DNA of 32,000 bases from Wolbachia endosymbiont of Drosophila innubila (GCF_021378375.1 NZ_CP076228.1:900001-932000); one strand, 5' to 3'; counted from the first letter of the stretch, positions 19,634-27,843 are shown. Notes: generated by a model from the letters alone, not told the origin. A program made the numbers and translations.

Positions 19634-19710
19634 CACTGGGATCCAGTTTCACCTTGTGATGGTGTCATGAAAGTAGCTGACACTGGTTTCCATCCAAGAC
19701 GGTGTCATTC
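19634..19710. repeat. Fragments of the palindromic repeat family, sandwiched between two IS copies
   Basis: The sequence is cactgggatccagtttcacc...ggtgtcatgaaagtagctgacactggtttccatccaagacggtgtcattc. Confidence 0.6.
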
Positions 19711-20773
19711 CTTACTATTACCCACAAATATAAATGGACTAAAAAGTAAAATATTACAATATTAAAGTTTGCAAATATTGAGGGTGTAAAATGGCAAGTA
19801 AAAGTAGTGAATGGGCTAAAAATGAATTTGGAGATAAAAGGTTAACTGAGCGATTAGTAAAGATTGCTGATATGTTTGACAAAATTACCTGAAAGTTAGA
19901 TTAATCAAGCATGTGAAAGTTGGTCAGAAGCAAAAACAGCATAACGTTTTTTTTTCAAAATGAGAATGTAAAAGAAAGTGATATTTTAGCTACACATATT
20001 AATAAGACGGTTGAGAGAACAAAAGCTCACAAGAGGGTTCTTGTCATTCAAGATACCAGTTACATTGTATATAATAACCATAAAAAAACAAGCGGATTAG
20101 CAAATTTGTCCAGTTATGATACTGCAAAAGGTATTATAATGCATACAGCTCTTGCCGTTAGTATAGAAGGTTTGGTACTAGGGATACTAGATCAAAAAGT
20201 TTATTCAAGACCTGAAGAAACTGAGAACCTTAAAAAAAAGAGCGATCGCATTGAAGATAAAGAAAGCGTAAAGTGGTTGGAAACTTTAAGAAAAACAAAT
20301 AATATTATTGATCCAACTCAAACTGAGACTATAACTGTATGCGATAGAGAAGCAGATATATATGACTTTTTTGAGCTTGCACATAATCTTAATTCGGCAG
20401 TGCTAGTTAGAGCATGCAGAGATAGAGCAGTAAATAGAAAATCTCGATATCCTGAAAAAGGTGAGCAGAAGTTATGGGCATTTATTAAATCCTCTCATTG
20501 TGCAGGTACGGTAGAAGTTGAAGTTCCTGTAAAAGATAATAAGCCAAAAAGAACAGCACGTTTGGAAGTTAGATTTGGAAAGTTTATGATGAATCCATCT
20601 AAGAATAATATTAGGCATAAGACGGAAGAACTACCTAAATTACCACTTTATGCAGTTTATGTTGTTGAGAAAACTCCCCTCCCTTAAAAAAACCGCTAGA
20701 ATGGATGCTATTAACGAATCTTTCAGTTAATACTTTCGATGAAGCTGTTGAAAAAATTAGTTGGTATCAACTA

Positions 20774-22118
20774 TGTTTTTAAAAATTTTTTATTTGTGTA
20801 ATTTTGCAAATTATATGGGCAATAAAACCCGTTTGTCATAGAAATAGAATTTTATATCAAACAGCTACCACAGCAATTTCTGCTTAAGCTAATGAATATG
20901 TGCTTTAAGTCTGTGTGGACGCACATATTCATTAGCCAATTTCAGTTACCGTTGTGAAGATTTTTAAGTATGCAAATTAATTGCTTCTTTAAGTCTTGTA
21001 TTAGCAATTACTATAATTTTACGCATTAGGGCTGTTATAGCCACCATCTTCTTCTTACCACTTTCAACAAGCTTAGAATAAAAGGCGCCAAGTATAGATT
21101 TTGACCTTGTAGCAGCCATAGCGGCTGTAAAGAGCTTTGAACGAACGTTACTTCTACCACCTGTAATCCTTCGGTAACCAACAGCTTTACCACTTTCTTT
21201 TGGATGCGGTGCAACTCCGGCAAGACTTGCTACTTCTTTTCTATTTAAGTAACCAAGCTCTGGCATTAAACACAAAAAAATCTTGTGATAACTTTTCCAG
21301 GAACTGTTTTAAGAATTTTTTTGGCGTTGTTGTAATTCGCGGCTTTCATCAATAATCTTTTGTATAGTATCATTGAGTTCGTTTATTTGACTATCGAAAA
21401 ACTCAATGGTCTTTTGACAGCTTTCTTTTATATGATCATTTTCCGGTGCTTCAAGTCTGCATTTTTCTTGAGTTCTCATTTGCGTAATATCATCACGACG
21501 TTGACAAAGTGCAGCCAAAGTTGATTGTTCTGTAGAGGTAGGTACAAATAGAGAGATAGTTCTATGGCGTTCAAATCCATATTGAGCAAGAGCTCTTGCA
21601 TCTAGACTTTGCTAAAGTTCCGTGAGATAAAATAAAGCTTTTTACTTTACGAGTATTAGCTCGATGCACGGCAATATTTTTGTCGGTAAGAAAATGTGAT
21701 AAGCCAAGCTCATATTTCCCTGTATTTTCTAAAGTCACTAAAGCATTAGGTAGAATATCTGAAAACTCTTGAAATAATTGTTGCCAACCAGAAGCATTAT
21801 TATCAAATTCGACAGCATTCTTCTGTTTGTGAATTGCAACGATATTTTTAAATTTTCCGATGTCAATGCCAATAAAATTTTGATAAGATGTAACCATAAT
21901 AAACCTCGATAGTTTTAGTTAATTTAAGATTGTAAACGGGTGCATATATATGTCCCAAGCAACTATTCAAACGTATCGAGAGATAGGGCTAGCGTACCTT
22001 GATACCAACGGTTGTAATACCAATTTCCTTTCGGTCGCGCCCGCCCGCTATTCCTAGTGAGCAGGGTTATCTTTCTCTCTTATCTCTTTTATATCACGTT
22101 TTTAACTTACAATTCCCT
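20774..22118 (-). mobile_element. IS110-family insertion sequence nested inside the Tn5-like transposase gene (boundaries +/- 3 bp)
   Basis: Boundaries were inferred by re-joining the host reading frame (tggtatcaact...tagatggaaaatagag). The element carries IS110-type transposase fragments. Confidence 0.75.
20964..21897 (-). pseudogene. IS110-family transposase (DEDD N-domain plus Transposase_20 C-domain) with two frameshifts
   Basis: The ORFs are 21897-21571 (MVTSYQNFIGIDIGKFK..), 21518-21309 and 21275-20964 (..LAGVAPHPKESGKAVGYRRITGGRSNVRSKLF..). The frame shifts occur near 21600 and at the A7 run near 21315. Confidence 0.8.
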
Positions 22119-22530
22119 TAGATGGAAAATAGAGATATTACATAAAATTTTAAATCCGGTCTCAAAGTTGAAGAATGTAGGCTTGGAATAGCAGAAAGAC
22201 TAATGAGATATCTAACAGTTATGAGTATTATTGCTTGGAGGATCTTCTTTATTACATCAATTGCAAGAGCTAACCCAACATTACCATGTACTACCTTATT
22301 AGCTGAAGAAGAATGGAAAGTTTTATACGTTAAAATACACAGAAAACCATGTCCAAGTGTAGTTCCCAACATAAAAGAAGCTGTTTCATGAACTTGGAGG
22401 CCATTTAGCAAGAAAAAATGACCCAAAACCAGGACCAATTACTCTTTGGAAAGGATATAAACGTCTCTTTGATTTAGCAGAAGGATGGCGACTTGCTCAC
22501 GAACTTTATATTTGTGGGTAATAGTAAGAT

Positions 22531-23452
22531 TTGAGAGGTTGTCCGGAAACAAGTAAAAGGCTATAATATCTGAAATTTTAGTACGGGGTAAAGATGAGAA
22601 AAAAGTATCCAACAGATCTAAGCGAAAGGGAATGGGCAAGAATAGAAAAACACTTCAGAGTATCATACAAGAAAGGAGGAAGGCTGCCAAAGTATAGCAA
22701 AAAAGAAATATTAGAAGCAATTTTCTATGTATTGCGTACAGGGTGTCAATGGCGGTATTTACCAAATGATTTTCCGCTATGGAAGACTGTGTATGAGCAG
22801 TTCAGGCAATGGAAGAAGCAGGGAATTTTTGAGAAAATGAATTATGAAATTACAAAATATAGTAGAAGAAAAATAGGAAAGAATGAGCAGCCGAGTGCCT
22901 GTATAGTAGATAGTCAATCTGTAAAGACTACAGAAAAGGGGGATCAAAGCTATGATGGAAGTAAAAAGTAAAGGGTAGAAAAAGGCATATAATTACAGAC
23001 ACTCAGGGTTTTATACTAGGTTGTTACGTAGGCGCTGCTAACGAAAATGATAGAGATGGTATTAAAATAGCATTAAACAATATGAGAACAAAATATACTA
23101 AAGTTAAAAAAAATGTGGGCTGACATGGGATACCAAGGAAGAAATTTAAAGAATCACATAAAGGAAGAATATGACATAGATATTGAAATTGTTAAAAGGC
23201 CTCCATGTAGATTTTGGGTGCACAAAGATACGCCACCTGAGCTACTACCAACAAGAGAACAAGGGTTTAAAGTACAGCCAAGAAGATGGGTTGTAGAAAG
23301 GACTTTTGCTTGGGTTAATAGGAATAGAAGGCTATCGAAGGAGTATGATTTACTCACAACATCCACTGAGAATTTCATATACCTAGCTATGAGTAGGGTT
23401 ATGTTAAAGAGGGAATATGCTTGAATTTACTAGTTTCCGAACAACCTCTCAA
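22531..23452 (+). mobile_element. IS5-family insertion sequence resembling Wolbachia ISWpi1 (about 0.92 kb)
   Basis: The inverted repeats are ttgagaggttgtccggaaac (22531-22550) and gtttccgaacaacctctcaa (23433-23452), with 1 mismatch. The element starts 2 bp after the Tn5-like right end and truncates the terminase gene. Confidence 0.8.
22594..23424 (+). pseudogene. IS5-family transposase in three frame segments
   Basis: The first segment is orfA-like, 22594-22971. The middle segment is in the -1 frame and reads VKGRKRHIITDTQGFILGCYVGAANENDRDG. The third segment, 23113-23424, returns to the first frame after an A8 run. A candidate -1 slippery site (gtaaaaagtaa) lies at about 22961-22971. Removing one A from the A8 run at 23104-23111 would give ..KVKKMWADMGY.. 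Confidence 0.7.
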
Positions 23453-24374
23453 CCACTCTGGTTTAATTATACCACTTGAAAGCGGCAGAGGGTTTTGTTG
23501 ATATTGAGCAGCAAAAGCGTAACTCCCAAGTTCAGCTTTTATTATCTCAACTTCTTCTTTTCCTCCATCGAGGGGATATAACAACTGACCTTCTTCTCTT
23601 GAATATAATATCCTTACAGGTGACGCTGGTTTATTATATAATCGCCTGGTCGCACAGTGCTGAGCTACTCGGATGACAGGAACGGGAGGCATTGGCTTTT
23701 TGATTGAATAAATAACCTGCTTATTTTCAGAAATCATTGGCAAACAAATATGATGCCATATGTTTTTTGGCTTGGAGAGAAGGTGTCCAGTTAAGTCCTC
23801 CTGGTGTAGCCTGTGCATTACAAGAACGATGACTCCTTTTTTTCTATCGTTCAGCCTGGTTACTAAAGTCTGATCAAACCAGTTTGTGGCACGCTTTCTA
23901 AGCGTTTCACTCAAAGCTTGAGCAGAACTGAGCGGATCGTCCACAATGATAAAATCACCACCTTCACCAGTTAGTGTTCCACCAACTGATGTTGCGATTC
24001 TGTATCCTCTCTGCACTGTTTGAAATTTATATTTGGTATTCTGGTCTTTGGATAGTTCTATCTCTGGAAATAGCGCTCTATACCAACTAGACTGCATCAC
24101 GCACCTGGTGTCGAGCGAGTGCTTTTCGCTGAGCCGCTGAGAATAACTTGCAACTATTATTCTCGCAGTTGCCCAGTATCCATGCGGGCCACGCAACGCT
24201 TATGCACATGGACTTCATCGAGCGCGGAGGCATATTGAATATTATTCGTTTCACTTCACCAGCGCTCGCTGCTTCCAGCCTGTCTGCTATGACTTTTATA
24301 TACTGATAATCGTTATACTCACACCCCGGCACTACCGTTTGAAAGCACAGTTCAATGAATTTTAGAAAGTTCAT
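23453..24374 (-). pseudogene. Phage (WO-like) terminase large subunit, frameshifted and 3'-truncated by the IS5 insertion
   Basis: The N-terminal frame reads MNFLKFIELC...NMPPRSMKSMCISVAWPAWILG from ATG 24374. It shifts near 24170-24195 to ..ARIIVASYSQRLSEKH...GGDFIIVDDP...VMHRLHQEDL.. (Walker B-like motif and nuclease region). The last 17 aa of track ORF 23399-24196 are encoded by IS sequence. Confidence 0.8.
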
Positions 24375-24394
24375 GATATAATGTTGAAACCAAC

Positions 24395-24437
24395 GCGTGA
24401 CGCTGGGATGACAAAAAAAGGAGCACTGGAATGACAC
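24395..24437. repeat. Two direct copies of the CTGG(G/A)ATGAC motif just upstream of the terminase start
   Basis: The sequence is gcgtgacgctgggatgacaaaaaaaggagcactggaatgacac. It shares gcgtgacgctgg with the murF insert at 26941. Confidence 0.6.
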
Positions 24438-24440
24438 CTT

Positions 24441-24597
24441 ACTTAACCGTCATACCGCGATTCATTCGCGGTATCTCAAAGCATAGATCCCGCTAACACG
24501 TAGCGGGATACTTAACCATCATCTACACCGTCATACCGCGATTCATTCGCGGTATCTCAGCCGCTAACAAGAGATCCCGCTAACAAGCAGCGGGATG
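24441..24597. repeat. Two tandem copies (69 and 88 bp) of a double-hairpin unit
   Basis: The unit is acttaacc..gtcataccgcgattcattcgcggtatctc..atcccgctaaca(c/a)g(t/c)agcgggat. Hairpin A has the stem ataccgcg/cgcggtat and hairpin B has the stem cccgct/agcggg. The same hairpins occur at 12380-12515. Confidence 0.8.
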
Positions 24598-24619
24598 ACG
24601 ATTGTCGTTTAGCCATAAA

Positions 24620-24885
24620 TATTAAGAAATTTACCAAATGAAAAAAAGGCAAAAGAAGCCCCGTGGTTATTATCCGCTTTAAAATATTGGCGTTTTTTAT
24701 GTTTTAAACGCTTGACAAGCGAGATTCAGCCACTTTTAATTGCAACTAACCTACGCTGCAAATGTTTAAGAAATTTACTAAGCAGAAAAAAAGACAAAGA
24801 ATCCCCGAGTTAGCTAGTCTTTTACTATCTCTGTCGAGTATTGGCATTTTTTGATGTCTTGTAACGCTTTATAAGCGCGTTCAGC
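24620..24885. repeat. Pair of diverged direct repeats of about 115 bp (24620-24735 and 24766-24885)
   Basis: The copies share collinear blocks: ttaagaaattta, gaaaaaaag, caaagaa, ccccg, tattggc, tttttt, aacgctt, aagcg and ttcagc. Identity is roughly two thirds by eye. Confidence 0.5.
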
Positions 24886-25230
24886 TTATTTAGATAAAAA
24901 TCTAGATGTAGATGAAGTTTTGTAAAGACATACAGTATCTATATACTGCAAAAAATTGAACATGAGACGCCGATACATTAAGTAATCCTTACCTTTTAAT
25001 CTGCAGATTGGCGAAAGCAAATACAATAGCTTCAGTTTCATGATAAGGGGGCTAGCGAAGGGTGTCAAGTAAGTTTCTATATAGTATTTTCTAAAATAAA
25101 TAGACTTCTCGCATCCAATTTTGGCAGCGCGCGACACACAACTGCAATGACAAGGTGTCGCAAGATAAACATCATATTCACACGAAGTACTTGACTTCAC
25201 TTGTACTAAGAAGCATTTTATATATGTTGT

Positions 25231-25304
25231 GTGCCCGTAGCTCAGCTGGATAGAGCAACAGCCTTCTAAGCTGTGGGTCGTAGGTTCGAATCCCACCGGG
25301 CACA
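25231..25304 (+). tRNA. tRNA-Arg (anticodon UCU)
   Basis: I folded the cloverleaf by hand. The acceptor stem is gtgcccg/cgggcac. The D arm is gctc-agctggata-gagc. The anticodon stem is acagc/gctgt with loop cTTCTAa, giving anticodon TCT. The T arm is gtagg-ttcgaat-cccac with one A-C mismatch. The discriminator is A and no CCA is encoded. Confidence 0.9.
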
Positions 25305-25312
25305 CTCTTTTA

Positions 25313-26263
25313 TCAATACTTTCTATAAATCTTCAAGTACTCTGGCACCACATTTTCAATTGCTAATGGTCGAACCTTCATTGTTTCAAGGTCAACTGAC
25401 TTTTCGATTGAACTATTCATCATAACTTTCACCTGATCTTGAGTAAGCATAGGGTTCGTATCTCCGGTTATTGGTTTTAGCAGCATAGAAATAATTTTAT
25501 TTTCTAAAAAGAAAGCTATTAACTTTGCCATTGGAAAAGATACATTGATCAACAAACACTTTCTGTTAGTAACATTCAGAATAAACTTCAATAAGCTTTT
25601 GAAAGAGTAAACCTTTGGTCCACCCATGTTATAAATTTTCTTGTCTTGCTTATTAAAACTGATAATACGATATACCACTTCAGCTAAGTCTGTTACACAT
25701 ATTGGCTGAAATTTAGTTGTTCCATTGCCAATTAGTGGTAAGAAAGGAAGAATAGTTGCTAATCTTGCAAATTTATTAAAGAAGTTGTCTTCTTTACCAA
25801 ATACAAGGCTTGGCCTAATTATTATTGCTTTTTGAAATGCTGAAGTTACAGCTTTTTCACCTTCCAATTTACTTTTGGCATATTTTGACAACTTGCTATT
25901 TTCTATTCCCATAGCAGAAAAATGTATCATCATAGGTACATTTTTCATTTTTGCAGCTTTTGCTATCCTTTCAGCTATTTTAACGTGAACAGCGTAAAAA
26001 TCGTGCTTTTTTGCTTCATATAATATTCCCACTAAGTTTATAGCTACATCACATTCTTCCATACCATCCAGAATTGATTTTTCATCAAAAAAATCGCCTT
26101 TAAATATTGATATTTGTCCTAAATTGCCACACAATTTTAAACAAGCAGCTTTTTCCTGATTACGAGTGAATATCTTTATTAAATATCCTTCTGCTGCCAA
26201 GCGTCTTACGATGTGTTTCCCTATAAACCCCGTTCCACCAAAAATAATTACACGTTTTGTCAC
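25313..26263 (-). CDS. NAD(P)-binding SDR/epimerase-family protein, complex I NDUFA9 (39-kDa subunit)-like
   Basis: The 316-aa product has the N-terminal Rossmann motif VIIFGGTGFIGKHIVRRL and an extended SDR layout (YAKSK). The assignment to the NDUFA9-like subfamily is from recall of Rickettsiales annotations. Confidence 0.6.
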   Translation of the reverse strand: MTKRVIIFGGTGFIGKHIVRRLAAEGYLIKIFTRNQEKAACLKLCGNLGQISIFKGDFFDEKSILDGMEECDVAINLVGILYEAKKHDFYAVHVKIAERIAKAAKMKNVPMMIHFSAMGIENSKLSKYAKSKLEGEKAVTSAFQKAIIIRPSLVFGKEDNFFNKFARLATILPFLPLIGNGTTKFQPICVTDLAEVVYRIISFNKQDKKIYNMGGPKVYSFKSLLKFILNVTNRKCLLINVSFPMAKLIAFFLENKIISMLLKPITGDTNPMLTQDQVKVMMNSSIEKSVDLETMKVRPLAIENVVPEYLKIYRKY

Positions 26264-26313
26264 AATTAAAGTTCCTAATAATTTGTTACTGTAAATTAAT
26301 ACAATGATTTCGC

Positions 26314-27843
26314 TTAATATTTTATTACGAATTCCCGTACAATAAGATCCATTTTCATTCTTCGTGAGCCTTTAACTAGAATTGCGTCATTATTCTGAAT
26401 AATGTTAGCTAAATCACTTTTCAATTGATTAGAATCATTAAAATGCGTGCCTCTTATATTATCTGGCAAAAGCTCATGCAATTCTAACATAAATTTACCA
26501 ACTGTATAAACTTTATCTATATTATTTTCTGTGATAATCTTAACCAAATCTGTATGAAACTCTATGCTTTCATCACCAAGTTCCAACATATCACCAAGCA
26601 AAGCTACTTTTCTCTGATTAGAATATGTACTCAAAGTTTTTATTGCAGTTTTCATCGAAGCAGGGCTGGCGTTATAGGAGTCATCAATTAAATGTATATA
26701 TTTTTTATTGCATTTGACCTTATGAATATTGCCTCTACCTTTCGCTACACTAAAATTCTTAAGTGCAAGTGGTAATTTTGATAAATCAAGTCCAAGGCTT
26801 TGCACAACTGCTGCAACAGCAAGTAGCGAATAAGCAAAATGCTCACCTTGTACACGTAAATTACAGTTTATAATTTGATTATCACTCAGCCTGATTTTTA
26901 AACTTAATCTATTAGCAACTCGGTTTGATGTCATTCCAGCGCGTGACGCTGGAATCCAGTCTTTATTATACAACCGTCTGATATGCTCATTTGCAATTGA
27001 ACTTCCTGGATCCAAGTAGTCAAGCACTGGGATGACAGAAGATAGTGCTGAAATGACAGAAGATTCATCGTTTCTTATTAAGTTTAGTAAACAAACTTCA
27101 GCATTTTTATCTTTACCGAAGCTTATTACATTTCTATTGGCGTGTGATGAGAGATAATCATAATATTTATTATCTCTGCTTAAAACCAAAGTACCGTTAT
27201 TTTTCATACCATACAGAATTTCTAACTTCGCTTGTGCAACGTCAAATAGTGATGAAAAATTTTCAGTATGTGCAGGTTCGATGTTGGTAATAACTGCAAT
27301 ATTCGGATTACTAATTTTTGATAATTCTTTTATTTCACCAGCTTTATTCATTCCCATTTCAAGAATTAAGTACTGGCAGTTTTTTGGAGCTTTCAGAATT
27401 GTCAAAGGCAATCCTATATTATTATTTAAGTTACCTTCGTTTGCATGGGACACTCCATATTGCGATAAAACAGTGTGTAGCATATCCTTTGTAGTGGTTT
27501 TTCCGACACTACCTGTAACTGCAATAACTTTAGCATCAATAAGAACATTTCTAATGTAATATGATGCCATATCGTGCAAAGCTTTCAGGGTATCTTGTAC
27601 AATAATGAGAGGGAAACTTTTATATTTACCCTCACTCACTATTGCAGCGATAGCCCCTTTTAAAAACGCTTCATGCAAAAAATTATGGCCATCAAAATTC
27701 TTTCCCTTGAGGGCAATAAATAAATCACCTTTTTTTATGCTTCTTGTGTCCGTTGAAATATTTGAGCTATGTATCCAATTACAACCATTTACGTCTCTTC
27801 CGCCAGTTGCATCAATGATATTATTTGTGTTCCATTTAAACAT
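26314..27843 (-). CDS. murF: UDP-N-acetylmuramoyl-tripeptide--D-alanyl-D-alanine ligase MurF, carrying an in-frame repeat insertion
   Basis: The 509-aa product has the motifs AVTGSVGKTTTKDM, ILEMGMN, GEHFAYSLLAVAAV and DDSYNASPASM. It is roughly 45-50 aa longer than typical MurF. Confidence 0.85.
   Translation of the reverse strand: MFKWNTNNIIDATGGRDVNGCNWIHSSNISTDTRSIKKGDLFIALKGKNFDGHNFLHEAFLKGAIAAIVSEGKYKSFPLIIVQDTLKALHDMASYYIRNVLIDAKVIAVTGSVGKTTTKDMLHTVLSQYGVSHANEGNLNNNIGLPLTILKAPKNCQYLILEMGMNKAGEIKELSKISNPNIAVITNIEPAHTENFSSLFDVAQAKLEILYGMKNNGTLVLSRDNKYYDYLSSHANRNVISFGKDKNAEVCLLNLIRNDESSVISALSSVIPVLDYLDPGSSIANEHIRRLYNKDWIPASRAGMTSNRVANRLSLKIRLSDNQIINCNLRVQGEHFAYSLLAVAAVVQSLGLDLSKLPLALKNFSVAKGRGNIHKVKCNKKYIHLIDDSYNASPASMKTAIKTLSTYSNQRKVALLGDMLELGDESIEFHTDLVKIITENNIDKVYTVGKFMLELHELLPDNIRGTHFNDSNQLKSDLANIIQNNDAILVKGSRRMKMDLIVREFVIKY
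26929..27059. repeat. Palindromic repeat element inserted inside the murF CDS without breaking the frame
   Basis: The sequence runs tgtcattccagcgcgtgacgctggaatccag ... ggatccaagtagtcaagcactgggatgacagaagatagtgctgaaatgacag. It is translated as ..SSVISALSSVIPVLDYLDPGSS...DWIPASRAGMTS.. Confidence 0.75.

Larger units (their letters stand above)
19791..22521 (+). pseudogene. Tn5-like transposase, disrupted by stops, several frameshifts and the IS110 insertion
   Basis: The N-terminus MASKSSEWAKNEFGDKRLTERLVKIA resembles the Tn5 Tnp N-terminus. The catalytic region has ..VIQDTSYIVY.. and ..VCDREADIYDFF.. The signature ..SWYQL|RWKIEILHKIL.. is split across 20772/22119. The C-terminus is ..GWRLAHELYICG*, with the stop inside the right inverted repeat. 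Confidence 0.8.
19711..22528 (+). mobile_element. IS4-family (Tn5/IS50-like) insertion sequence, interrupted by a nested IS110-family element
   Basis: The 24-bp terminal inverted repeats are perfect: cttactattacccacaaatataaa (19711-19734) / tttatatttgtgggtaatagtaag (22505-22528). The native length is about 1473 bp once the nested insert is removed. Confidence 0.85.

Noticed and set aside
18893-19765. Plus-strand ORFs 18893-19138, 19053-19406 and 19376-19765.
   Set aside because: They are antisense to the IS5 transposase pseudogene or run through repeat DNA. Their hydrophobic, low-complexity translation is typical of AT-rich antisense frames.
22118-22639. Minus-strand ORFs 22118-22438 and 22439-22639, and plus-strand ORF 23476-23676.
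   Set aside because: They are antisense to the Tn5-like transposase C-terminus and IS ends, or to the terminase pseudogene. They have no independent support.
24441-24885. Possible CRISPR array, suggested by the repeated hairpin units.
   Set aside because: There are only two units per repeat type. The units are directly adjacent or of unequal length, and there is no regular repeat-spacer periodicity. No cas genes are present in the window.
25231-25304. On a first pass, the anticodon loop looked like CTA, which would make this an amber suppressor tRNA.
   Set aside because: Re-registering the 5-bp anticodon stem (acagc/gctgt) gives the loop c-t-TCT-a-a. The anticodon is therefore UCU, an ordinary tRNA-Arg.
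24886-25305. 139-aa minus-strand ORF from the track (MCPVGFEPTTHSLEG...).
   Set aside because: Its N-terminus is simply the antisense translation of the tRNA-Arg gene. The rest is AT-rich intergenic DNA with no motif or RBS. I consider it spurious.
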